From positions 49,042,001 to 49,106,000 of the forward strand of contig NW_025964223.1 of NCBI RefSeq assembly GCF_023055435.1: DNA of 64,000 nt. The letters are read 5' to 3'. The DNA comes from Haliotis rufescens. Lineage: Eukaryota. Made by a program: the position numbers and the translations under genes. Positions 51,504 to 63,970 of this stretch are shown in pieces. The notes under the pieces were generated by a model. That model had not been told where the DNA came from, did not search any database, and was given only the letters and a program-made list of their open reading frames with translations. Position 1 is the first letter of the stretch. Every line of letters starts with the position of its first letter.

Positions 51504-54131
51504 CCCTTGTTTTAAAGTAAGTCGTCTGTCAACGCACTACCCATGTTCTTGGTCTTTACGTAACTGGTAAACGTCTTAAGGCCTACAGCACTTTGTGTTT
51601 TCCTCCCTCATTATCTGACACGGAGTGATATAATTGAAAAACTGCAGTCTAAAATCTCAACACACTCACTCGATTTAAAGTAATCGCAAACCTCATTCAA
51701 AGTGTACATACATGTGGTATGATGGACAGAGAGATATGGAAAAGTGATCCCACAATTCAGGAACACTGTCCTTCATGAAGAGGGATTGACATTGTTGGAA
51801 TATTCAAACCGAATCGATTCGGCTGTGCATTTGGAAACTCTATGCAAATATCAGACAGGGCGTGTATTACTAGTTCGCATTGTAGGACGTCATTTAGCGC
51901 AGGTGATTTGTAGACATGTAGACAGGTACAGGAATGTTAACGTTGTATGCAACTGCCACGTTCTCCCTACGCGGATCATAAAAGCTGACTAATATGAAGA
52001 TCAAGTTGTCACTTATCTTCATGGCTGGCTGGGGGCATATTATTTCGTAGGCTGTTTTTATATAGTACGTGCGTACGTACGTATACAATTTTTCTCTCTC
52101 ACATTATTTATCTGTACCACATGTCGGGCAGTGACAAGAAACCTATCAAAGACACGCCTCTCTAATGTGTATAATCGTCAGTAGGGCTGACAGATGAATA
52201 TCAATTGAGTAAGTTAACCATAATTCTAATGTGGGGGGATTTGCTTACATTTCAGATAACTATAACTGTAACTATAAAAAAACACATTACATGAAAATTG
52301 AAAGCATAATTATTTGTTGTTATTCATCTTCATGTGTCATACCACAGCAAAGACATCAATGTGTTCTTTGATCCTCAGGTATTGATAGTTTTTTTTATGT
52401 CACAGAAACATTTCTAAACGTCCCTCAAAACGGGTTGCATACATGTCAGGAATATTATGTATTATTTCATGAAGTTCCCTGTTTTTAACTTGGGTCAGGA
52501 CACACTCACTTCTTCACTAACACTTTGTGATTTCTTTTTTTTATGGTTTTACGCCGTTTTTAGCAGTATTCCAGCAATATCACGGAGACACCTGAAATAG
52601 GCTGCACGTATGGGCTGTACTCATGCGTGGAATAAAACCCGGGCCTTGGAAGTGACAAGTGAAGTTATCATCACTATTTGAATAGAAGGTATCATAAACA
52701 CATTAAACACAAGGCTCTTTTATTTATTATCTTAGTTTGAAACAACAGGGTTCCGGGGTCGAATAGATCACCGGTACCCCATGCCTGCGGAGCTCAATAT
52801 TGAAAATCCAAAGGGACGGCCAGAATCATCGTTTCATTGTTTCAACCACTGGATTGCCTGCCCAACGCTACAGCTGAAACAGTTTTGACTGTTGTGTAAA
52901 ACACCATCCACCCACTATGGCGTGAAACAACATTCACTCGAATGTTTTCGAGACAGACTGAAATATGTTAAGGCGTCAGGTATTCACTAGATACTTATCG
53001 ATTTCAATTGTAAATATACTTTCTTAATTACTTAATGCACAATACATTCAGGTACTAGATATTCAATATTGTGTTAAACCATAACACATGCCATAGACAG
53101 TGAACACTTCACAAAGAGGATATAAACTTACGCACGGAGAATCTCGTTTCCAATTGTATAGGACGTTATTCAAGGAATCAACCCACAAGGAAATGTATAT
53201 CTCAGTAAAACTAATGACTGAATCATGTTACTGTTGCATCATTAATGCAGAAATGTAACACTGATGTCACATTCCTTCCATGTCTTTGTCCCAGGTTTGT
53301 TTAGACAAGGTAACTATAACCGCAACAGTCTTCATAATAAGACATACATAATCCTGTAAACGCTGGAGCCCGTTTGAGGTAATACCTACCCACTGCACCC
53401 CATTTTAAACTTGATACCTGGTGTTCGCGAAAATGTTAGCGTATCCTGCCCCATCGGTGGCACCCGCCACAAACACATCCACAGGCAAGTCGTGTTTTTA
53501 TGTGAACAAACACGAGAACAAAGTAAAAGAAAGGAATTGCACATGATATCATTTTGGTCACTGATGCGTCAAATTTGGAAATGTTTGTTAAGTACATTTG
53601 GTGGGCAAGTCATGCATATAGTTTTGCGGAGCTATTGGATATATACAAGGCTAACGAGAAACAACAGTAACCCTGAAAGGCGGGTTATTGCTTTCGTCTA
53701 TGCTTGCCTCCTCATGTTGGTCAAGTCGTGGTTGAGGTCGTCTGGTTACACGCAAACCCATTTCAGCAGCTCCTGGACCATTTCTCTTCAAGTGGAGCAG
53801 ATAAGCAGAAGAATCGTGCATTTGATGATTAAGGCAAGCCATTTTGCATAAAGTTTGAAAAATTAGCTATTTATAAGTTACAAAATTAGCTATAGTCCAT
53901 CAAAAGAATGACTTTTTGCGGCCATGGCGGCCATTTTGGAAAAATAGCCACCAAAAAGTACGATGTATTTCCAGACAAGGATTATTAACTTTGACATTGC
54001 TTTTCATCCACTAAAGTAACTTACTATAAAGTAGACACAATTTATGGATAACAACTTCTTTAATTACTGTAAAGGCGACGTTTCCGTATATATCCTTATA
54101 CCGTTGTCAAGCAAGACTGGATCCTTATACA

Positions 54132-55301
54132 TCATCATCATCACGTTGGAGATTTAACGTGCGCTTTCTGACTGATGGCGTATTTCGCACACGGGGTTGC
54201 ACTTATACTATTGGGGTAAAAAAGCGCAATGAATAAATAAAGAAGTGCAACCCCCAAAAATATAAACTTTACAGACCTAAGCGTGGGAAGGCACGGCGTC
54301 GGCTGGCGGGCGTGTGTGGTTAGGAGTCTAGCGGCGGTTTACTTGAAGAAGTCTCTTGGTCAGCTTCTCTTCCTGGGGGTCGGGAATCTGGTAGAGACTC
54401 TTTGCAAGGAGGGCGGCGGTATTGGCGATAAAGTGGTTGGAGGACGGTACACCACTACTCTGGAAGAAGTGGGACAAGTCTGGGAAGCTGGTGATGTCGT
54501 GCTCGTACTCCTGCCCAACCTTCTTATGCACCATGACGAAAGGGACTCCTTGTTTGGCGTAGAGCTGTTCCATGGGGGTGGTGATTACCTCAGCCTGGAG
54601 GTCCGGGGTGGCCTTGAAGTGGTTTATCAGAATATCCGATTTTTCCACTAGGATGTCGCGGAAGCTTTTTCTCCTAGGAGGGGCCTCGACAGGGGTGGTC
54701 TGGGTCTGGCTTTCGCTAAGGGATGGGGGCTCTGGTGCGATTGCCTGAACGCTGGAGTCGTTCAGGGCGGGCGTCGAGGTCTGGGACTGGTGGTGGTGGT
54801 TGGTCGGGAGGCTGGTTCGGGAGAGGGGATGTCTCTCCACTTCCCCTTCTTTCTCCCCGTGGCCCGTTCCCTCAGGCGAGCGGAAGGTCTCCTCCTCTCT
54901 GGATTCGAGGGGGGCGAGTTCCAGCGCAGTTGCTGGGGGTGGGGTGGGGGGTTGACGGAAAGGTCTCCTTAATCTCCATGAATAGGACTGGAGGGGGGGG
55001 GGGGTCTTCTTCTTCTTTGCAGGCCTGGCTTTTTGCACGGGGGTGGTGGTGGTGGTGGTGGTGCAGGAAGGGTTGGGGCCGTTGTGGTGCCAACTGAGGC
55101 TTGGGCTTAGCCAGAGCTTTGCCCTTAGGCCTCTTCAGGGTGGACTTATTAGACTTGAGGGAGTAGTCACCAACCCGGTAAGCCAGCAGGGGCTCCAGGA
55201 TGGCAACCAGCTCCCTCGGAAGTGACTTGGAGAGGTCTCTCATTGTAGAGCGTGGGGAAGCGAGCTTGGGAGGACACGTCTGCACGGGGCGAGTGTCCAA
55301 G
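54132..55301 (-). mobile_element. GC-rich retroposed insert with a Pro-rich frameshifted ORF, (GAT)n tail and 9-bp TSD
   Basis: ccttataca at 54123-54131 and 55302-55310, with (tca)4 adjacent. ORF pieces 54872..55300 and 54328..55038 contain no RT or endonuclease motifs. Confidence 0.7.
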
Positions 55302-55949
55302 CCTTATACAGTTGTCAAGCAAGGTCATGTATGAACCGACCTTCAGCGAATAAATATTGCTCTTATTGGTGTACAACGTCAGCATCCGGTCTCTGCAATG
55401 AGCATCCCTAAAAGACCTTCGCGTGACATATTCAGTTATGGAATTCAGTTATTAAGCAGTGATCACCAGTGTGGGCGTGAAATCATGATTTCTAGGGTCT
55501 ATTGGATCAATGTACAGGTAATGCACGAGCGCCGATGAAGTAGAGCATAAATAAGATAACCCCTCATATTCTATATTCTCCGTGTATGACAATGACGTAC
55601 ATCACATAAAAAGGCAGAATACAAAACACAATGTTATTAAGCACCGAAGACAACAGTATTACTATCTCAGGTCATGTTATATTTACTGAGTTTTCCGAAA
55701 TTTACTGAAAAAACCCACCAAATATATGAAATACTGGATTCCTTCATAGATAACATTTGTGAAATTTGGAAACCAATCGTGCTCCCCGTCATGCTGATAT
55801 GTTTCTTTATGCGTATACATGTAAATCAAAGTTGTTGTTTTTCCAAAGTGTTTTATTCACTTCAAGGGTGGTTACATGGCAAGATAAACATCTTTGGTAG
55901 ACAATAAACATTTGTGGTACAGACGTCAAGTGATGGCAAAAGATGTACA

Positions 55950-57945
55950 TTCTTGGTATTATTTTAAATGTACATTAGGTATTATTAAATAGGTATTATT
56001 GACCTTAAATATATGTATAGTGCAAAGGATGTACAAGAAAGTAATAAAAATAGTCAATTAATTCTTAAGAAGTATCTCCATTTCTTTTCAAACATATTCA
56101 ATTTATTGATTCTTCTTTTAATAAGCTTTCAACAGCAAATACCTCTTTCAGGATAGTTATAAAACACTGTAATTCAAGTTGTTTGTTTTTTATACTTGAT
56201 AAATAAATATGTCATTTTGCTAAAATTATGACACGGTTTAAAAGTTTGTCACCTGATACTGAACCAATAAAAACTTATATTTCATCTGGGATTATTGGAT
56301 GATCATAAATTTGAATCCATATACTCATAAGTCTAGCCAAAATTTTCTTACTTGAACACTTGTGTTCTGAGATAGAGGATAGTATTAGAAAAGATTTCCA
56401 AAACACCAATGAAAATAAATTAAATGAATTAAGCCAGTTGAAAAATAAATTTGAAAAAATTAAAGAAGAAGAAATTCAAAGAATTAATATAAGAAATAGA
56501 ATTAACTGGTATGATGAGGGCGAAAAACCAACAAAAAATGTTTGTAAATTAAAAACTAGAGTTTATACTTTTAAAACAAATTATTCAATGTTAAATGATG
56601 ATGGAGACATAATAACTAACTGTAAACAAATAATTGATTGAAGAACAAAAACAATTCTACCATTCACTTTATTCAATATCATCTGAGGTTGAACATAACG
56701 ACTTAAGAGACCTTGAAGATATAATCACTCCCGAATTTGATAATGAAATGTTTGATGAACTTGAATTACCCTTACAAAAAAAATAATAGCAGAAGTAGTT
56801 CATAAAATGAAAAATAATAAATCCCCAGGTATAGATGGGTTCTCAGTTGAATTTTTAAAACTTTTCTGGAAAAATATCTCTGTTAGGGTTTAAAGATTTA
56901 CAAAGGATACCTTTGTGAAAATATTAGGCTATATTATAATACGTCGGGAATCGAACCCGGGTCTTCGGCGTGACGAGCGAACGCTTTAACCACTAGGCTA
57001 CCCGACCGCCCCATATAAAAATAAAGGAATCAGACTAAATGATAATGAATAAAAATTGATCAATATGCTGATGATACAGATTTTGTTTAGATGGATCTGA
57101 ACAAAGTTTATGTAATGCAGTCGATTAAGTCGATGGCAGGCAGTGATATTAAACGACCTTTGGGTAATTAATACCCATAAGACACTAGAAAATATAAAAC
57201 GATTATTAGCAAACTGGAGAAAAAGAAACTTAACTTTAATTAGTAAAATAACAGTAGTTAAATCATTAGCAATGTCAACATTAATCCATATCTTTAAAGC
57301 TCTTCCCAATCCACCTGAAGATTTTATGAATGCCTTAACATAATATTTTATGATTTCATTTGGAATAATAAAAAGGATAAGATAAAAAGATCAATATTGA
57401 CAAATATATATTAAATGGTGGTTTAAGAATGATTGATAGTAGTAAATTCAATAACGCTTTAAAACTTTCATCACTTAAGAAATATATAAATAAACAAAAG
57501 TATAGCAACCCAAGCAATTTCCACCTGATAGATGTTCTACAACTTGGTGCTAATGTTAAAGACTATTTCAACATTGAAAATCCTTTTTGGAAAGATGTGT
57601 TGACAGCTTGGTCAAATATTATAAATGTTTTGTCATTAGTGATGAATAGTGTGATATATTGTCACAACCGCTGTGGCTTAACCCTAAATGTTTTTATTTC
57701 GTGTAACACATCTCCTTTAAGAATTTATAGGAAATGGGAAGATGTATTAGAACAGACTATTCAATTGAACAAAGTTTTTTTTATATATATTTACACATTG
57801 TACCAAAGATATAAAAGTGTAAGATTTTCATTATAGATTTTTGCATAGGGCAATTAAAACTAAGAAAGAATTACTAAAAATGAAATTAGTTGACGATGAT
57901 ATTTGTTGCTTTTGTCAATCTAGTAAAGAAATGTTACAACATATA
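55950..57945 (+). mobile_element. L1/Tx1-clade LINE remnant with an internal inversion
   Basis: Plus strand 56360-57945 reads RNRINWYDEGEKPTK, KNNKSPGIDGFSVEF, QYADDT, WRKRNLTLISKITVVKSL and C.FC...E...H. The continuation (VQVRKFW) lies on the minus strand, left of 56360. A SINE A fragment is inserted at 56944-57012. Confidence 0.8.
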
Positions 57946-57984
57946 AATTAGAGGTACAGCTCGGATCGCCAAAAACACCGAAAC

Positions 57985-58200
57985 TTGCCAAAAACGTTCA
58001 ACTAAAGTTTAAGGTATTTCAATGATCTGATATCTTTTAATAATGAAATAATTCGCTTTCACTGATTTACCCACCTTGGCTAGGAATAAAAGAGATCAGA
58101 GAAATAACCTTATCTGGTTCATATTTAGCTCTATGTATAAAGATTCACAGTGTCAACAAACTATCCACAAGACTGTATGACAAAGAGGGGTGAATTCAAC
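57985..58200 (+). mobile_element. Penelope-like RT fragment
   Basis: LRYFNDLISFNN...IYPPWLGIKE...SYLALCIKI...LSTRLYDK resembles PLE RT (RYIDD..IYP..SYLDL..TKLYDK). Confidence 0.65.
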
Positions 58201-59172
58201 TTGTGTGGGTGTCAGGTTGCCTAGTACATGATTGGACATATACACGAATACACATTCCATTATTTACAATATTCAAGTGGAGAAATACGATAAAACAACT
58301 CATTTCACTATACCAGTATGCATATTCAATCACTCAATGATATACTTTTAATGGAGACGTAGAAGTATACCGTGTAAAAAGAAGTTGACATTTCCTTAAA
58401 GGTCTTTCTTTACAACATTTCAAAATTGATGTTTGTTTAACACAAATTTTGTAACAATATTCAATATGAATCGTGACGAATGTACACAATAATCAATACA
58501 TGCATGTATATGTAACTGTATTTGGTATATATGAACAAGAACAGAGAACGGAACATATACATAATAATTAAATTCCTGTTATGGTACATGTGAATGGATA
58601 CAAAGATGTGATGAGATACTAGAGAAACAGGCCATACCTAGGTACACTAACACAATGTTATTTTTGCTATCCTGAACAATGTGTTGAATTAAATATGATA
58701 AAGAGTTACTATATATAAAGGATACCATGTATTTCAATGTTTTGGAAATGTAAATTAATGTTTGAATTTGTAATTCATACAACAAAGTCATCATATTTTG
58801 GATTGTGTTCATTGTTTTTAATTTTGACTACCAAATAAAATATAGTATGGAAATAGGTTTGGTCTTCTTTCAACAAGAATGCAATGCTTTGTACTGTCCT
58901 ACCATCAAGTTTAATATGTTAAATACGTTTGTGTTCAGTCGACATAGTACACATATTTTGTATTTAAATAGGTTGGATCTTCTTTCAACAAGAACGCAGG
59001 GATATTTGTTCATGTCTAGAAAACTGTAGTCCTGTCCATTGCACAGTGCAATGTTTTTGTACTGTATTACCAACAAGTACAATATGTTACATAAACTTTG
59101 TATCCAGTAGATGTGTGTCATAGTACACATATGTACTATTAACGTGTTTCACGTATACATGTTGTAGGCATT

Positions 59173-62100
59173 TCAATACCTATCGTATCTTCTTCTTGAT
59201 TGATTGGCCAGGTACTTAGCCAATTCATGATGACCTTGCCTTTTAGCATACCAGACACAATTTCTGCCATTCTTATCAACCTTTCTTGGATCAGCTCTTG
59301 AATTTAACAGTAGATCTACAACAGCCCGATTTCCTTGTTTTGCTGCAAGCATCAATGGCGTCTCGCAGTAGTACATGTTAGCTTCATTTACACCTCTTTT
59401 CTTAAGCAGTAACTCTATTTTCTCTGTGATCATGCCTTGAAGGTTGCATGCATAATATAGCAAACTGGTCTGATTTCCTCTTTTATCAAATGCAGTGAGC
59501 GATGCATTCCGTGCCAAAAGGAGTCCCAAGATGTGGACGCTGCCTTTGCTGATGGCATACATAGCTGGAGTTTTGTTCTGTTCGTCTTGTGCATTGATGT
59601 CAGCCCGACGATCAAGTAGTTCATTAACAATGTGAGCATCATCGGTGTTGGCCATGCATGCCAAATGTAGACAACTTGCTCCATTAGCATTTGTGAGATG
59701 AAGCTGAGCTCCGTTGGCTAGGTATAAGTCAAAGGCTACTGTATTGCCACTTCTGCATGCAAACATGATGGGAGTGTGATCATAAGCGCCTAGCGTATTG
59801 ACATTCATATCCCTATCTAGTATATACTTTGCAAATGCTGGATGACCATCCGATTTAGCTGAAACATGCAATACTGTATTATCATCCTGATCTCTCACAT
59901 TTATATCTGCTCCTCTTTCAACTAGAAGTTTTGCAATTACTGTGCAATCTTTCTTGTTTTTAGCAAGAGTCATCAGGGGGGTTCTGTTTATAGAATCAAG
60001 AACATCCACATCCATGCCAAGATCAAGAAGTTTAGCACATGCATTTCTATTCCCAAACCAGCAAGCTGTATGGATATTGGTTTGTCCATGACTGTCTTTT
60101 GTATGAATGTTTGCACCATTTCGTACGAGGCAACCTATCAAGTCAGGGGAGTCAGACCTTACTGCATACATGAGAGGTGATATCCTGTTTGCATCAAGGG
60201 CATCGATACGCAGAAGTTTTACCAGCTTTTCAACAAGCTGTAAGTTGGCACTCTTTCGACAGGCTGCATGAAGACACGTTTCTTTAAATTCATCTTTACA
60301 CGTCATATCTGCACCACAAGACTGCAAATATTCCACAATGTCAATGTACCCGTGAAAACAGGCTGTCATGACAGCTGTTCTGTTCTTTGGTCCACGTTCA
60401 TTGATGTCTATATCTTGGCCATATGACACAAGATATTTGACCATTTCAAGACAGTTCTCGGTACATGCGGCGTATAGGCAACCACCTCCAAAGTTGACTT
60501 TGGCTCCTCTCGCAACCAATGCTTTGACAAGATCTACCTGTCCCCCTTTACATGCCATCATGACCGGTGTCCAACCAGATTCCGTGAGCGAGTTGACATC
60601 TAGACTATTTTGGAAACAAATTGCCAACAGGTGCCACATTCCTGATTTTGCTGCCATGTGAAAACATGTAGATTTTCTATGATCTGTGATTGCAATGTTT
60701 GCGCCTTTTTCTATCAAAAAGTCAACCATTTCAGTGTGACCATTTCTCATTGCATACATCAAGGGTGTTCTCCCATCTGAATTAACACAGTCAACCTTGA
60801 GTCCAACATTCAAACCAAGGAGCAACTCAACAGTTGGTATATGTCCTTTCATCGCTGCAAGATGTAAACAATTCATATTGCCTTCGTCTAAAACATTTGC
60901 TCTGGCATTCCTGTCTACCAGTTCTTTGGCAGTTTCTAGCCGTCCATGCCTGCAAGCATACATCAGTGGTGTTCTTTTTCTTTGACCAATAACTTCAATG
61001 CCCATAGCGCCTTGATCGAGAAGGATCCGAACTACACCTGTTTCACCCGTAACACAAGCAAGGTGGAGACAATTTTCCCTTTGTACCATAGAAGATACAT
61101 CAGGCTCTGCCTCTGCTCCATTCTTCAGTAGAAAGCTCACAAGGTCACCGTAACCTTTGTACGATGCATACATCAAAGGTGTACGTGCAACTTTACCTTC
61201 TTTGTTGACATCCATATTTTTTTCAAGGAGGAGTTTTACAATAGCTATGGGTCCTCCTCGGCATGCAAGATGAAGACAGTTATCGCCTTCTTCATTCAGC
61301 AGTTCCAGGTCAGCCTGTCTTTGGAGAAGGATTTCTGCTAACTCCTTGTGTCCAAGGTGGCAAGCATACATAATTGCAGTCATGTCATTTCCTCCTCGAA
61401 CATCAATATGTATACCAACACGATCGAGCAGTAGTTCTACTATTGCAGTGAATCCATACGCAGTTGCTATATGAATTAGTTTATCTTTGTTGTCACCATG
61501 CGATCGAGGTGTTTCAATATCAGATGGCACTTCTGTTTTGGTAGGGCTGCAAGCTGTAGATAAGGAGCGAACTAGCTGTCTTGTTTCTTGTTTGATACCG
61601 AAGATGTCTCCAACATCAGTGGAGGCAACTTTGTCCAATATGTCCTTTGAGTTTTCAATGAGAACTCGTAATGAAGACATGTTTCCACTCATACAGCAAC
61701 CAAGATATCCTTCACGGATTTCATGAACAGAAAATTTGGTGTGCTCAAATGACATTTTGCTTACAGGACCAGTACTGGAGAATGATGACCAGTACAAGAA
61801 GCCCATGCCATGCTGCATATCACAAGAATGCAAATATTGTTCAATGTTGCCATGTGACGAGAGATTTGTAAACAGATATTCGGCCATATCTGCTCGCGAG
61901 AAACATTGATGTGACAATGGAAGAGCAATATAACCGTCAACAATCTCTCTTGTGAGTCTTTCCACCAGCCCCACAGCAGCATCTTGTCTAAGATTTATCA
62001 TGAAGCTGTGTATATCACCACCACTTGGATGATCTGTCTTGTGGTCCTCTGAAACCTTTGTCCTTTCGATGATGAATTTGAGACTGCAGTTTTCAAGGAC

Positions 62101-63171
62101 AAAGTCGGGATTCATGTCCCCTACAACAAACGCGACAACATCATAGATAGTTGGGTGACTAAATGTCATCATGTCACCCTCAGACACCAAAAGAGTGCGA
62201 ATCTCGTTTTTGGCAGCTTCGTTTAACCGATTTGGATGAAATATATATGGCAGTATTTCCTCAACCTTTGCTATTTTGTGTCGAAGTTCAATATTCCTCC
62301 CACTTGGTCGAGCCTGTTGGAGCTGAATCAAATTCAGTGTTCCATCATTGAGGACCATAAGCATTAGCACCGCAGCTCTGTAGTTTGGGTCATCAGATGA
62401 GAATATGTTGCTTATCAAGTCATACAGATATGCCCAGGGCTCCATGAAGAATTTCACAGCAACGGCCTTTGACGAACAATTGTCTGCAAACAACTGACAG
62501 ATGTATGGAAAACCCAGTGTCTTATATTCCAATCGTGTATTGGTGTATGTCATGTTCAGTGAGATCCAATCTCGATTTGACCAAATGTTTTCGAAGTATC
62601 GATTCTTTCTCATGTTCTTTCAGCTCAGATATTTTCAGCTCAGCTATCGTGCTTTGTCTGAACAAGGATGTTTTGTATTTGTTTAACATAGTAGTGACAA
62701 TTTGATGCTTGCAAATGTTTGTCCTGCTGCTCATGATAATCTTAAGAGATATTTCAGGAGTTCCAGATGCCTCATCACCTTTAGTTTTATCCTCATCTTG
62801 TGTTTTCCTTCTCTTTTCCTCCAAACGTTTGAAATGTGTTTCCAAATAATCAAATATCTTTGTACAACGAACTTTCACTTCAGATGTAGGAGCAAAGCGA
62901 CCAAACACATCATCTAAGACAAGCAGTGTTGGAACTTTCAGATTAACATAAAGTTCAACTTTGAAACCTGCAACATCATCTATAAATTTCACATTGTATT
63001 TCTTTTTCCGGTATCTACCCATGATGTAAAGTGCCATTGTTGTTTTACCTGAACCAGGTGATCCAGAAATGAGAACATGTCCGACGTTTTCAAGAGCATC
63101 ATAAACATTTTCATAAGCTGTTGTTTTTACAAAAATGTCTTTTGCAGATTTCATTTTCTCTCTGACCATAT
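59173..63171 (-). pseudogene. NLR-like STAND NTPase + ~23 ankyrin repeats, copy C, main exon with a single frameshift (~62535-62545)
   Basis: The NTPase frame (GSPGSGKT, LLVLDDVFG) runs to HDIHQ. Homology to copy B (EHIAHLKYRTLGFP) resumes in another frame as TRLEYKTLGFP, about 2 nt short. The rest is open to 59173. Confidence 0.85.
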
Positions 63172-63348
63172 CTGCAAGGATATAATATAATGATATGAAT
63201 AAGGACAGGTACACTAATCAACTTGTAACTGTCAGTTGTATATGTTTTCTCTCTTTAAAATGATCAAATAGAGTACAGTCTATATAATGTCCGTTGTTGT
63301 ACACATATTTGTACAAATGAACATTGTGGTTTTTGAAAGTATGCACAC

Positions 63349-63441
63349 CTGGAATATCTTCCACAGCACCGTGTGAGGTCCCTGTTGCAACAATCACGTT
63401 GTCAGTGTCGTCAGTGATGTTCAACCTATCAGGGTGCGCAC
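63349..63441 (-). CDS. Copy C 93-nt exon
   Basis: ttgcag| GAHPDRLNITDDTDNVIVATGTSHGAVEDIP |gtgtgc. Positional homolog of 43553-43645. Confidence 0.8.
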
Positions 63442-63816
63442 CTGCAACGTTAAAGCAATTCCAGCTTTAAAATTTCATGACATTATTAACCAGTTTCGCA
63501 CATAGCACAAATGAATACTTTTTAAACAATTCCGCCAACATTAATTACATATCGTTGCGTCCTCACCTCACCCTTATCCCAACCCACACTTAATCCCTTA
63601 CAACATATAATACTCACCACTAGGAACCGATAACAGTGAAATGTATGCCATCTTTTGCTGAATATCAGCGAGTCAATGAAAAATTCTATTTAGATAAATA
63701 TACTGAAGTAGTACTTCACTATGTTTATTTAGAATGAAGTACATTTGAAAAATAAATGTATTTAAGTTATTGGTTGACATTGTGGTCGATGTACACACTG
63801 GCGCTTGTACACTCAC

Positions 63817-63970
63817 CTGGATGAGTGATTTGTGGCGGGCCAATTTTTTGTTCTGATGCTGTTCGACCATGTTCAGAAGCTGTTGCCCCGTCTAGTATGA
63901 GCTGATCAGTGACTCTCATGGATGCCATGACCGTCTCATCTGATGTTCGACGATACAGTACTGTTTGAGT
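63817..63970 (-). CDS. Copy C upstream exon (154 nt); the gene continues beyond the window
   Basis: ttccttcag| TQTVLYRR...EQKIGPPQITHP |gtgagt, phase 0-1. Confidence 0.75.

Noticed and set aside
55040-55064. Poly-His tract
   Set aside because: A (CAC)n run that reads as His, Thr or Pro depending on frame. The true frame is unresolved.
23181-62917. Short plus-strand ORFs inside the ankyrin genes
   Set aside because: Antisense shadows of long coding exons with no independent features.
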